The translations under genes were made by a program, and so were the position numbers. The notes under the pieces are model-generated. The model was not told the origin of the DNA and did not search any database. It saw nothing but the letters and a program-made list of their open reading frames with translations. DNA of 64,000 nucleotides from Tetramitus jugosus (Eukaryota > Protista > Heterolobosea), in NCBI GenBank assembly GCA_937625935.1, contig OW569393.1, forward strand, positions 124,001 to 188,000. Reading direction: 5' to 3'. Positions 21,198 through 32,756 of the stretch are shown piece by piece (position 1 is the first letter of the stretch; each line of letters begins with the position of its first letter).

Positions 21198-23048
21198 TCA
21201 AGCTCGATTGTCGCTACGTTTATTGGTCATCCGATTCAGATACTCCACAACAACCGTCTCCATCCAAGAAGGCTCCTTGCTCGACAGAGGTGTCCAACCA
21301 GACAACCATCCCACATGACCACCGTACTCTGTGCACAGGAATGCCAAATTGTGATTCTCCTGAACAGCATCAATGGGAGCATTCTCCATGAGTGAAATTC
21401 GATCATCCTTTGCGTGAATACACAACAGAGGTACCTGTACTTTATGAATTTGATGCTTGCTCGACTGTGAAGCATAATAATGATCCAATTCTTGTTCTCT
21501 TTTGGATCCTTCTTGTTGTTGTTCATCTTGTTGTCTCTCACCACTTGCTAGTGAAAAGAGAGGCAAAGTATATTTTAAATCAAATTCACGAGTGGATTCC
21601 ACACGATTCAACTCATCCATCATCTCTCTGTACAGCAATGAATCAGGTAGTATATAGTGATGCAAATTCTGTTGCATCATCATTTTTCGCTTAATCAACA
21701 ATTGTCGATCATAGAATTGATTCATTTTGGATTTCATATTGAACCACCACCACCACCACCACCACTTTTCATGATGATTCTCATCATTACTACTACTACT
21801 ACTACTACTATTATTATTCACATGACTACTACTATGATTGACAAGTAATGATGATGATGATGATGATGTAGAGGATGACAGATTACGAGTCGTGTTGACC
21901 AAATCAAATGGATTGGCCAATGCAACTGCTGCATCAATCATTTGTGCACTCTGTTGTGGAAATCGACTCAAATAATTGCACAAAATGTTACTGCCCAATG
22001 ATATACCCATGACTACCAATGATGATGATTTTGACTCTGTTCTCGCATCATCACTCGCATCATCACTCGTATCATGTAATTGTTGATACAAGTGTTGAAC
22101 AATGGAATGAACGAGTAAATCAGTTGTACAATCACCATCATCACGATTCACATTCTTACTCTTATGATTGTTATTCTGATTGTGATTATTGTGAATGGGA
22201 GGACGTGGTGGTAATCCAGGTATAATGTTTCGATGACCCATTTGTTCACCATTCTCACATGTGAAATTCAATACTACACACTGATAATTGCCCTCTTCTG
22301 CACTGCTCGCATGTTGAATAAATTGTTTGACACTGACACCTTCTGTACCTGCAAACACACCTGGTATAATCAATAGTATATTCTTCTTCTTCTTCTTCTT
22401 GTTCTTTTGTTGTTGTTGTTTCTTATCATCATCATCACTATCATTATCATTATAAATGTAATCCAAATAGACATAATATTCTTCATCATCGTCATCTCCA
22501 TCTCCAGGTGTTGAAAATTTAAATTGTTGACGATCAATGGAGAATTTCATGTGCAATTGACGACCCAGTGCATTCACAATGGTTTGCAAGTGAGTATTGT
22601 GCAGGTACCACGTGGGACAAAAACGATACTTTTCACTAATGGATTCAATTGTGCTCTTCATGAATGATTCATCATGAATGTGAATTGTGTTGCGTCTACC
22701 AATGACACAATCATTGTACCAATCCATGCATGTAGTAGACACAAGATAGGTACTCACTAGTAGAGCACTACCAACACTTGTCTTGTACCACCATCCTCTT
22801 CTTTTATTATTATTGTTATGATTGTTGTTATGATTGTTGTTATTGTTTTGATGAGTGTTATGGACAGTAGTATGATTGGATGATGATGATGATGTTTGAG
22901 TAAAGAAGAGTGCATGTTGTTGTTGAGCGCGATTCATGGGTATGTGTCGCAAGTGTTGTTGTTGTTGTCTCAACAATGAATAAGAACCAAATGATTTTCG
23001 AAGAGTAGATGCACAGAGTGACATGACTGGATGATTGAATATGTACAA
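21198..23048 (-). CDS. Alpha/beta-hydrolase, ABHD1-3/YheT/EEB1-like family, with low-complexity insertions
   Basis: NTHLQTI, nucleophile elbow GISLG, HAKDDRI acid motif, YGGHVGW His motif. Confidence 0.85.
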   Translation of the reverse strand: MYIFNHPVMSLCASTLRKSFGSYSLLRQQQQHLRHIPMNRAQQQHALFFTQTSSSSSNHTTVHNTHQNNNNNHNNNHNNNNKRRGWWYKTSVGSALLVSTYLVSTTCMDWYNDCVIGRRNTIHIHDESFMKSTIESISEKYRFCPTWYLHNTHLQTIVNALGRQLHMKFSIDRQQFKFSTPGDGDDDDEEYYVYLDYIYNDNDSDDDDKKQQQQKNKKKKKKNILLIIPGVFAGTEGVSVKQFIQHASSAEEGNYQCVVLNFTCENGEQMGHRNIIPGLPPRPPIHNNHNQNNNHKSKNVNRDDGDCTTDLLVHSIVQHLYQQLHDTSDDASDDARTESKSSSLVVMGISLGSNILCNYLSRFPQQSAQMIDAAVALANPFDLVNTTRNLSSSTSSSSSSLLVNHSSSHVNNNSSSSSSSNDENHHEKWWWWWWWFNMKSKMNQFYDRQLLIKRKMMMQQNLHHYILPDSLLYREMMDELNRVESTREFDLKYTLPLFSLASGERQQDEQQQEGSKREQELDHYYASQSSKHQIHKVQVPLLCIHAKDDRISLMENAPIDAVQENHNLAFLCTEYGGHVGWLSGWTPLSSKEPSWMETVVVEYLNRMTNKRSDNRA

Positions 23049-23549
23049 GTTTTTGTTGTTGTTGTTATGATGATATGATACAGCGAGAGAGAGTGCGAGT
23101 GTGGTGGAGAGATGATGTTATGATACAAAGTTTTGCGAACGAGTGTTGAATTCGGAGAGTGTGTTTTGGTGGATGATGATGACGACGACTAATTTTACAC
23201 GACAAGAGGAGATTACTGTTGTTTTCTTTGTTGGAATCTTCCTCAACCAACTGGTGCAGCAGACAAACAAACGCAACACGACGCTACTGGTGAGCATGAT
23301 GAGGTCACCACCGCGGTTTCCACCTGACGTCACCAAAGCTAGCTCATCAATCGTTTTTTTTGCTGTTCGCTGAAAGGGAAAAAAATACTCCTATGCTGCG
23401 ACCGTTGCTTCACACGACATGCAGAAAAAGCGAAAGTTGACTTGTAATTTACAATTGTTTTCGTTTTACTTAGTTTTGTTTGGATATCTAGTTTGTTCAA
23501 ATAGGGGTGGGTTGTCCTGTGGTTCATGTCATTCTTCAATGGTGTCAAT

Positions 23550-24223
23550 TTACATAATGTTACAGATTGGGTGTCTTCTCCTCTTTATCTTTTGCTTGTC
23601 GGCCACAGGAATTCTATTTGCTCTCACATCCTTGACCAATGCATGGAAACATTCATCAATGTTGTATCTTTTACGAGCAGAACACTCCATGTATGTCATT
23701 TTTCTTTCTTTGGCGTATTGTCTTGCTTCTTCCACGGAGATCATCCTCTCTGATTCCAAATCTGCCTTGTTACCAACGAGAATCATTGGCACTTGTCCTG
23801 CATCAGCATCCTTGACTCTCAAGATTTGCTCACAGTATTCTTCGACTTCTTCAAATGACTTGCGATCAATGATGGAGAATACGAGCATGAAGCACTCGGC
23901 ACTTCTCATGTAAGCATCGCGAAGTGCTCTGTATTCTTCTTGTCCTGCAGTGTCCAAAATTTCCAAGAAACATGTCTTGTCATCTACTCTACAGTGTTTT
24001 CTGTAAGAGTCCTCGATGGTTGGATCGTAGTCTGGTACGAAAATGTTTTGAACGAATTGTACGGTACATGCGCTCTGAGGTAAGAAAGAGATGTTAGTTG
24101 ACTGTAATGAATGAAAAACAAGTACAATGAGAATGGGAATCATACCTTGCCAACACCGCCACCGCCTACGACAGCCATCTTGTATTCTTCGAGTTCATTG
24201 TTGTTGCTATTGTTTCTTGACAT
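23550..24223 (-). CDS. Ras-family GTPase, two exons (24223-24146, 24074-23550), intron 24075-24145
   Basis: Spliced product MSRNNSNNNELEEYKMAVVGGGGVGK|SACTVQF, YDPTIEDSY, DTAGQEE, NKAD, ECSA, CAAX CNIM; GTATG donor, ACTAAC branch point, CAG acceptor. Confidence 0.95.
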
Positions 24224-24960
24224 TGTTAATTATCTTGTATGTAGTAGTTGAGAGGGATCAAAAAGGATCTTTGAGTTCTGAGCTTGTTGCTTCTTGTAGT
24301 TGTTTGTTGTTTGGTTTGTTGTTGTGAAAAGAATAAACATTTACCAAATACACAACCACCTGTTAAATACTCGCTAACTGTTCCATGGCTCACCAGTCGT
24401 ACAACTAGAAAACTTCCAAAGAACGTGACGGGAACAAACATGAGACACCGGAAAAATGCTTTGGCCAGAAACGGAATCGAACTCAAAAAACATGTTCTCT
24501 GGGATGATAGGTCAACAAAAAAACAAGGCGATAGTCAATCAAGTCAATCGGTTAAATCAAAAACTTGTGCGTCTGTCGCACACAGATGGCCTGTTTATTC
24601 GTACATATGTTCTTCAAAAATTTTGTTTCTCCATGTGTTCGTGCAAAAATGTGTCATCTCTCTCAAATGCTTTCGAATGACCCCATCACCAGTTTTCATG
24701 ATATGAGAATGGCAAACTGTCGGAAGGAGAGATCATTCGCATGATCACTGATTGACTGTTTGTCGTTTTAATAAAAACCAACAATCTGTACATGTTCATT
24801 CCATGCTATTATTCCATTCCTATCTATTCCTTCAAAAAATGATCATCATCATATTCTTGCAAGAGAACAAATGATTAATTCATTGGATCCAATTCATTCC
24901 TCTACTTGGAGGTTGTATGATTCCAAAAAAAAATGTTTCCTCATCACATTTGTTTTATCT

Positions 24961-25959
24961 TCACACACTATAGTCTTCTTCTTCTTCATCTTCATCGTAC
25001 TCATTCTCAAAATATCCCTTCTTCTTCACTTTACTCTTGTTTGCTGATGTTGCTGATGTTGCTGTTGTTGATGAAGAAGAGCCGAATTTGGAATGACTGC
25101 GATAGGATGACAGAGATGACAGAGATGATGAAGTCATGTGATGCAATGGATGAATATGACTATGGTTGATATTGGTTAGACTACTACTGCAGCTGGTACT
25201 TGTACTGTACATGGCATCATGTTCCGTATGTTGATCCGTACTTGAATACGTGTCATCATCATCATCACCATGACTCATATCATCATCTTTCATGTCTTGA
25301 ATAGATGTCATACTATGATCGTTATCTGCATCATTCATGATATTTTGATCAATTTCATCATCATCACTATTACTATTACTATTGGTTGTTGTTGGTAGTT
25401 GTTGCTGTTGTTGTTGTAATTGTAATCGTTGATCAAATTCTTCGCGTTGTTGAGATAAAAAGTGAAGGGATAATGGTGGAATGACAATGACTTCATGCAG
25501 TGGAGATTGTTTTTGGCTCAAAGAGGGTAGTACATGGACTACTGAATCATGCATGATATCCACCATTTCTTCTTCTTCATCTTCATCACTACTACTATTA
25601 TTATTGTGATTCTTCTTCTTATAATTATTGTAATTGTGAATGGTCATGCAAGAAGCATTGGATGATAATGATGATGTGTAGCTCATGAAAACAGGTTCAC
25701 ACTTGACACATGTAATGTATACACAAAAGAGAATACCAGGCAAGTATCCCATCAGAGTCAACACACTGCACAACAGTACATTGACGAACAGAATCATCCA
25801 TTGATCATGTGTTGATTTGTGAGAGACATCGCGTGATACTTGAAGACAAATAAATATGGGTGGACACAGTAGGAGTAATAGGAATCGAAGAGTGTGCCTC
25901 AGTGAGGAGAGTGTGTGTATGAGTGGTTTCACTAGGTAGTCCATGATCAGTGGTGTCAT
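24961..25959 (-). CDS. Pmp3/UPF0057-like proteolipid domain protein with long low-complexity tail
   Basis: LLCPPIFI...NVLLCSVLTLMGYLPGILFCVYI Pmp3 signature. Confidence 0.7.
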   Translation of the reverse strand: MTPLIMDYLVKPLIHTLSSLRHTLRFLLLLLCPPIFICLQVSRDVSHKSTHDQWMILFVNVLLCSVLTLMGYLPGILFCVYITCVKCEPVFMSYTSSLSSNASCMTIHNYNNYKKKNHNNNSSSDEDEEEEMVDIMHDSVVHVLPSLSQKQSPLHEVIVIPPLSLHFLSQQREEFDQRLQLQQQQQQLPTTTNSNSNSDDDEIDQNIMNDADNDHSMTSIQDMKDDDMSHGDDDDDTYSSTDQHTEHDAMYSTSTSCSSSLTNINHSHIHPLHHMTSSSLSSLSSYRSHSKFGSSSSTTATSATSANKSKVKKKGYFENEYDEDEEEEDYSV

Positions 25960-26039
25960 TATTTTGTATTTTTGTTTGGATGATGGTGGTTTGGTTTTCT
26001 AAAATGGAGGGATGACTCGTTGTTGTTTAGTTGGTTGAT

Positions 26040-27830
26040 TGTGATGTCACGCTATCTATTTGGTTTCTCTGGGGTGGTGGAATTGTCGATGACGGGACCA
26101 TGTTTTGGGGCGACATGAGGGCATTCGATTTCGATGCAGGAAAAAAAGAAAAAAGCCCTTATTCGGGCGATTCTAGTGCGCTCATGGAGAGTTTAATTTC
26201 CCTATTCCAGCCAGCTTCCGTCGTAGATAGTGTTGAGCCGTTTAGTGTTTACTGGAGTGTTGAGCTGAAACTTCTCGACCCTCCAAAGAATTACCATAAA
26301 GAAGAACATGGTATAAAAATTCCTAGAATACGCTTTTCGTTGTTCGTTTATTGCACCACTGCGCCCAATGGGGGTTCTGAACATCTTCTTTATGGTAATT
26401 CTTCTCGGTGAGTTGAAGTTGATGAAGAGTGTTGAGTGGTGAATATTATTCCATCGAGATTGCAGATGGATGGATCAGTCCAACTCTTGGGGATGATGAT
26501 CATGGCCATGGGATACAAGCACGCGATTTGTTTTCCCATTCACTGTATTCTGAGACGTGGGTAGGAAATCAAAATACCTTCCAACGGTTTGCTCGCAAAG
26601 CCTGAGGTCCAAGTTTCTTGAAGTTTCTGTTGTTTTGGGAAAGAAAATGGGACAGCAACTCGGAATAGAGCGCGATCCCACGAGCCACTTTGTGACTCTG
26701 GACAGTGAAGGCTTAATCAATATGCTTGGAATTGTTTGGATGGAGATTGTGGAATCTGTATACCCAGCAAATAAAGAAAAGAATTTCGTCCACCCGTGTT
26801 GAAAGCAGTATGGGTTCTGAGAAGTTCGCTTCTCAATGAAAAAACCAATCCGTTCGAGATCGGAATACGTTATTGAAGTTAAAAGTACTAGAATACAGCA
26901 AAAAATTATTCTCCGAAACATTTTGGCTTGAGTCTGTTTCATTAACTACGGAAGAAACACCACAACTAGATAGTTTTTTGTATTCCAATTTTCAAGCTTT
27001 TCTCATTCAAAGTTTTCAACAATATCCACCAAAAAATACGAACAACAAACCAGTAAAGCCAATACAGCTTTTTAGGTCACAAACGTCATGGCACCAAAAA
27101 TCACAAATAAAGAACCAGTCACCAACACAACCAATGACCAACAACAAGGAGAACAAGGCGAAGAGCTCTATCCCATTCAAGCTATGGTGCAAAATGAACT
27201 GAGGTGAGTTGGTAGAACAAACTGTGATGCTAACACAAGAACAATTTATCCAATTGATGAATCATATGGCCAATCGACTCACAGGAGTGTATTCCAAGGA
27301 ATTGCTACATCTGCTACTGGAAAGCTTGAGCACAAAATCACTGGTAGAATACTGTTTTAGAGCCAATTGGAATGGGAATGCACTGAGAACTGGACCACTG
27401 TTTAGAGCTCGTTTCCATACTGATCAATGGAACGTAAAGTTGTTGCCTGACAAGTACTTCATTATCAATATGGGTGATTATGAGAATAAAGTAAAAACTA
27501 CTCTCGAGAGAAGTGGAGCTTCTTCATCACTTGACTGAAGAAGAGCCAGAGTTAGGTTCCAATTTTTGCCATTACTGACAAGAACATGTGGATGGTTGAT
27601 ATGCATGAGGAAAATGCAGAGTTTGACTTCTTCAAAGACCATTCAATCCTTGTCTAGTGGAGTTTGTGGCAGAGTGTGAACAAGTGGACAATGAGTATCA
27701 TGTTACTCTCAAGAGAGTGTTGATTTTCTGCACCTTATTTCCAATGAGGCTCACAGAGCGTCATTGCTTCTCTTTAGTTGATGTGAACAGTTGAGGGGGT
27801 CGTGATGACCAAGCCAGAAAATCGCGGAAA
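26040..27830. mobile_element. Island of degenerate ORF fragments, probably mobile-element debris
   Basis: Short interrupted + strand ORFs, a 20-bp perfect inverted repeat, and a tyrosine-recombinase-like fragment (KRVLIFCTLFPMRLTE). Confidence 0.35.
26286..26403. repeat. Perfect 20-bp inverted repeat with 78-bp spacer
   Basis: AAGAATTACCATAAAGAAGA (26286-26305) and TCTTCTTTATGGTAATTCTT (26384-26403). Confidence 0.9.
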
Positions 27831-27853
27831 GTGGCCTAATACACATTGTCGAT

Positions 27854-27972
27854 GTCTACGTTCATACAATGGTGGAACCACCTCTTCCCATCTCGAATAG
27901 AGAAGTTAAGCACCATCTGGCTGAGTTAGTATTGAGATAGGAGACTACTCGAGAACCCTCAGTAATGTAGGC
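27854..27972 (+). rRNA. 5S rRNA gene (single copy in window)
   Basis: ~119 nt; terminal stem GTCTACGTT/AATGTAGGC; conserved CCCATCTCGAA, GAAGTTAAGC, TTAGTA...GGGAGAC; followed by a TTTT Pol III terminator. Confidence 0.9.
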
Positions 27973-28158
27973 TTTTGCTTAAAAAGTGGATCCCAGTCCG
28001 TTTGTTGCGTATTTACAAATGAAATTTTCAATGAGAAGCAGTTCTCTTCTCCATAGTATTCTTAGAGCTGATTCTTCTCTTCTTCTTGCTAATCACACCA
28101 GAGAGTGCAGCTCTTGACAATGCAGTTTCATTGTAGTTGATATTTCTTCTCAAGATGA

Positions 28159-29259
28159 TCAACTCAAGATACATCTTGTTGGAGTCTCTCCTAACTGTTC
28201 TTGTGGTGCCGCTTGTCCTTTAGCTAACATGGCATCCTCTAGAGTGCTTTGTTGATGAAATGTGTAAAAGCGCCTCAATATAACATCAGTCATAACTGCT
28301 GCATTCTCACAAGTCAATTCAAAATATTCCAAAGGTAAAGCATCAAACATTTGAGCACAATCCTTTAGGAATCTCTGTTTTGAAATAGGTGCAGCTTCTG
28401 ACCAAACACCAACACCGACAATCAAAACACCTTTACAGGCCTTTGGTGGTTCAAACTTTAAATATGATACACTATCCTTTAGTGTAAACAAAGCATTAGT
28501 CAGAGAATTTGAACAATTACTGTACGAATAAACTGGATCATAAGTATCCTCGTTCCATGCATGGCTCGTGTCTACTGTGATTGCCAAGCATTGAGTCACA
28601 CGGAAGTAACATTTGATTAAAGTTTGAAATCGATTCTGACTGAGCATCCAAAGTTGAAATGTCAAGTTTGGAGTTTCTTTTGGTTGTCTCGAAGCCATAT
28701 ACAAAAGCTTGAAGTCGATAGCCAGCTGGTTGTTTGGCGTAACATCTGGTGGTATCACAAGTTGTCTATTAATCAATGCATCAATCACTGCCAGATTCAG
28801 TGGACCTCTGCACACAGGGAACAAGATTTTTGAGATTGTCTGATTAGACTCCTGGTCATACATGGAACGCGACATGACTGGATAGAATGGAAATTGGGAA
28901 AATCGCTTGTAGTGACACATGTAATCCCTCATTTCATCACAATAGTCTTGACTCACTTCAGTGGCACTGGTAATGTTCAAAGAAGATTGGAATGTCTTTC
29001 TGTTTGATCCTTGTTGCCAATGTTCAATCGTGTCAGTGAAGTCTCTCTTGAGAAGCACTGTCCACAAGTGCTGATTGGTCAGGATACAGTCATAAGCAGT
29101 GGAATTTATCATGGCATAGTGGCAGAGATCAGAAGCTGGCAGAAAGAGAAGAATCTGAAACAGTTCATCCCAGCTCAGTGTTTTTGTTGGTTCGTCATGT
29201 TTTTTTGTTCTCTCTGGAAGCTGCCTTCGAACTTGCACCGGAGAACAAAAGAACAACAT
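28159..29259 (-). CDS. F-box + degenerate Rab/Ras-like domain protein with CAAX-like end
   Basis: LSWDELFQILLFLPASDL (F-box); AIDFK...FQLWMLSQNRFQTLIKCYFR (Rab-like); C-terminal CILS. Confidence 0.7.
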   Translation of the reverse strand: MLFFCSPVQVRRQLPERTKKHDEPTKTLSWDELFQILLFLPASDLCHYAMINSTAYDCILTNQHLWTVLLKRDFTDTIEHWQQGSNRKTFQSSLNITSATEVSQDYCDEMRDYMCHYKRFSQFPFYPVMSRSMYDQESNQTISKILFPVCRGPLNLAVIDALINRQLVIPPDVTPNNQLAIDFKLLYMASRQPKETPNLTFQLWMLSQNRFQTLIKCYFRVTQCLAITVDTSHAWNEDTYDPVYSYSNCSNSLTNALFTLKDSVSYLKFEPPKACKGVLIVGVGVWSEAAPISKQRFLKDCAQMFDALPLEYFELTCENAAVMTDVILRRFYTFHQQSTLEDAMLAKGQAAPQEQLGETPTRCILS

Positions 29260-29649
29260 TTCGACCACTCAAGGAGCCCAGTTATCGCATATTTGTGGGA
29301 ATTGAGAGAAGTACCTTTGCTTTTACACAAGTGGGTCGTGACAAGATTATTGGATTGTGCAGTCATGGTGTTAGCTACAACATTGGTGAACATACAATTC
29401 ATATGAATCACGCACGAGCAGATGTTGCTCTGTGCGCGGATTATCATGCAGGTGACAAGATTGCCATCAAGCTCGATTTGAAGAGTTTGAGTAGTTCAAA
29501 TACTGCATCGTACTCCTGGCTGCATCATTGAGGCGATCAAAAAACTCCCTCAAAATTCTAACTTTTAACAAAACCAACAACACACTTTACATCATACGCA
29601 TTTCCTCACAGCATTTCCTCACACTCAAACACACACACAACATTGGACA

Positions 29650-32460
29650 ATGAAGAGAAAGTACACTCAAACATTCATCACTGAAACCATTTTACCACCA
29701 CTGCCGTCGACGCCACCCACCAACAAAAAACAATCATTATCATCATCCCGCAACAACAACAACAACAGTAACAACAACAGCTCAAATTCACCACCACTGA
29801 TCAAATTATTCAAATCAGACATTGAATTGTTCAAAGTGTGCCGACGTGGTCTCTCTACTGAACTCTTGATTCACATACTAGAGTTTGTGTATTGTCCATT
29901 GATCACCATTGATTGTCCCATTTATTCCTCCATCAATCATCATCATTATCATCATGACAAACAATCATCATGTCATGACAGTGAAGAGTTGTTGTTTGTC
30001 ATGCCATCGCACCTGATTAGACAAATGTATGGACGATTGAGAACCGATCCCTATCGAAGACACTTTTTATTGACCAATCAATTCTCACTATTGTTCTATG
30101 CTCCACCACCACTACCACTACCACTACCACCATCAATATCATCATCAAAAAAGAATGAAAGTGAACATGATGATGATGATGATACAAAAAGTGTCAAGAT
30201 GAAATTCATGTTACCGACACTGCCATTGCACACTGAAAAAATTCAAATCAACGTGACGCAATTATATGTTCAACCATCATCTCATACCAACAACAACAAC
30301 AACACTAGTAACAATAATAGTAACAATAGTAATAGTACATTATTGTCATCCTTGTTGCGACTTTCACCTCAGACACTTGATGCATTTTATGAATTGATTG
30401 CTATGCGATACAATCACAACAACAACAACAACAATAACTCTCATGGACAACAACAACAACAATACGTGGTACATGATGCGAATGATGTCATACCACTGTT
30501 TCAATCACACATTCCCAATCGTTATCAAAACATGAGTCACTTGAAGAGAATAGAATGGAAGGAACGCAATCGAACCACTATTCTCACAAATAATCATTCA
30601 ATGATTGTGATGAATCGTAAGAATAGTAATAGTAGTAATAGTGAAATTCAAGGTGGTGGTGCTGGTGGTGGTGGTGTCATGTTGAACCCAGCCATGGGCA
30701 CAAGTTCTCAACTATATGGACTACAGGTACAATTGATTGATTCAGTCATTTATTATTCATTGTTGAGATGGAGTCAATTACACTCGGTTCCATTCTATCA
30801 ATCAAAACTGTCGTCTGTGGTTCAATGTTCTTCATTTGATGTGTTTTCACCACCTCATCTTGTTTCATCATCATCATCATCATCATCAATCATCACTAGT
30901 AATAGTCATAGTAGTAGTGGTAGTAGTAGTGTGATCCATAATTATAATGGCATATCATTTCTCTTTCCCATTAGTAATCATAGTCATAATAATAATGAAA
31001 AGATGATGATGACGAGTGATGAAAAGATGAATAATGAAGGAACCATGTTTGAATATGTGATGCGATCATTTCCTCAACTCACTCAATATGATGGTAATGT
31101 GATTGAGAATGACGATGAGTTTGATCTCACTTTTCTCACTCGTCAATACAATCTTCATCATCAACAACAATTATCATTGTTGACTGATCATGATGACACT
31201 CCTCATGCAAAGAAGGGTCAAACTGGTTACTGTGGTATTCGTGGAGAGAAATTGGAGAGAATTCGATTGATTTTTCCACGTTTGCATCCACCGTCAACCA
31301 TTATCACTCCTCTTTTTCTTCAACAACAACAACAAAATGTGTATTCAAGAGAAAAGGAATGGTATGTGAATCAATTGATGCAACGATTGTTGTTTGGTGA
31401 TAGTAGTGGTGATGATCGTACTGGTTGTCCTCGACGATTGAAGCAATTCACAGTATTGTTATCAGCATCGTTATTGAACGAGAATAAGAATGATGATGAT
31501 GATGATTTTGAGAATGAAGAAATGATGAGTTCATCGACAAGTGCACTGGATAATTTTCAAGTGTTGACTCCCTTTTCATTACCAAACATGACTCGACAAC
31601 AACTGAGACGACAGAGACAATTGAACTATTACAATAGTAGTAGTAGCGATGGAAAGAATAGTAAAATGATGATTCATGACTTGATCAAGTTTCATGTACC
31701 ATGTCAGAATATGCGTCAATTGTTAATGTTGCATGCGAGAGAGTTGGACATTGGCTATGGGCATTACACATTTTCATTGAGCGATCTACAATATGGTTTG
31801 ACGCACAATACTTTGATTCGAAAACTCAAGATTGCGTTCAATGGCAGTATGGGCAAAACAAACAATACCAGCAGCAGTGCTGTTGTGAGTGAGCCAAAGC
31901 CTAGTCTAGCTCGTACAGGTAGCAGCGGTGGTGGTGGATTATTTGCCATGATTGATAATCCTGTTCAACTGCGCTCTCCAACAAGTCGTTCACCTACTAC
32001 TGGTGGTGGTAGTAGTAGTATTTTTGGTTCATTGAGCACTACTAGTGGTGATCAACAGTCATTGCATGACATTTTCAATTCATGTCCCATGCTAACTCAC
32101 TTGGAGTTATACATGGCGAATCAGGCCATTTCATCCGAAAAGTTCTATGATTCCCTCTCGAGGTGTATCCACCTTCAACATTTGGTCATCAATGTGTCGT
32201 ACATGAGTCAGTTGACAAGTGTTTTACAGGGATCGACGTTCAGGCATGTCAAAGTATTTTGTCATTTCGCGTATCCACTGTCCAAGTTGCAAAACAAGCT
32301 ACAGGTAATTGCTACAGGATTGCAGTGCATGAATCGTTTGGAGTTGATTCAGTGTGCGACAAAAGATGAACGGGATATATGGGGTCAACAGCACTATCAG
32401 TTGGGCGATATCAGAGTGTCATTCACGACAGCCAGTCGATTGTTGGATCATTCTGAGTAA
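29650..32460 (+). CDS. F-box/LRR-like protein with extensive N/S/Q/H low-complexity tracts (936 aa)
   Basis: LSTELLIHILEFV (F-box-like); CPMLTHLEL and CIHLQHLVI (LRR-like). Confidence 0.65.
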   Translation: MKRKYTQTFITETILPPLPSTPPTNKKQSLSSSRNNNNNSNNNSSNSPPLIKLFKSDIELFKVCRRGLSTELLIHILEFVYCPLITIDCPIYSSINHHHYHHDKQSSCHDSEELLFVMPSHLIRQMYGRLRTDPYRRHFLLTNQFSLLFYAPPPLPLPLPPSISSSKKNESEHDDDDDTKSVKMKFMLPTLPLHTEKIQINVTQLYVQPSSHTNNNNNTSNNNSNNSNSTLLSSLLRLSPQTLDAFYELIAMRYNHNNNNNNNSHGQQQQQYVVHDANDVIPLFQSHIPNRYQNMSHLKRIEWKERNRTTILTNNHSMIVMNRKNSNSSNSEIQGGGAGGGGVMLNPAMGTSSQLYGLQVQLIDSVIYYSLLRWSQLHSVPFYQSKLSSVVQCSSFDVFSPPHLVSSSSSSSSIITSNSHSSSGSSSVIHNYNGISFLFPISNHSHNNNEKMMMTSDEKMNNEGTMFEYVMRSFPQLTQYDGNVIENDDEFDLTFLTRQYNLHHQQQLSLLTDHDDTPHAKKGQTGYCGIRGEKLERIRLIFPRLHPPSTIITPLFLQQQQQNVYSREKEWYVNQLMQRLLFGDSSGDDRTGCPRRLKQFTVLLSASLLNENKNDDDDDFENEEMMSSSTSALDNFQVLTPFSLPNMTRQQLRRQRQLNYYNSSSSDGKNSKMMIHDLIKFHVPCQNMRQLLMLHARELDIGYGHYTFSLSDLQYGLTHNTLIRKLKIAFNGSMGKTNNTSSSAVVSEPKPSLARTGSSGGGGLFAMIDNPVQLRSPTSRSPTTGGGSSSIFGSLSTTSGDQQSLHDIFNSCPMLTHLELYMANQAISSEKFYDSLSRCIHLQHLVINVSYMSQLTSVLQGSTFRHVKVFCHFAYPLSKLQNKLQVIATGLQCMNRLELIQCATKDERDIWGQQHYQLGDIRVSFTTASRLLDHSE

Positions 32461-32756
32461 AGAAGAGTATCTAACACATGACACATGAACACATGAATCG
32501 TGTTTCCGTCATGTACTTCGAATTAAGGAATGGCAGCTTTCAAATGCAATCAGATTACGGTACCTTTCTGTGGTCATATGAGACAGAGACCAAGAACTCG
32601 AAGCCACCATTTTGGCGCCACATTCAGTGATCCGTTGTTTACAACTATTCGGTGTCGGCCAAACGGACAACACGGCGAATCGTTTGTGAAATAGAAGAAA
32701 GAAAAAATTCATCCTAGCGCAACTCTCATTCTTTGGCAAGCAATCATTAAGCAGAG

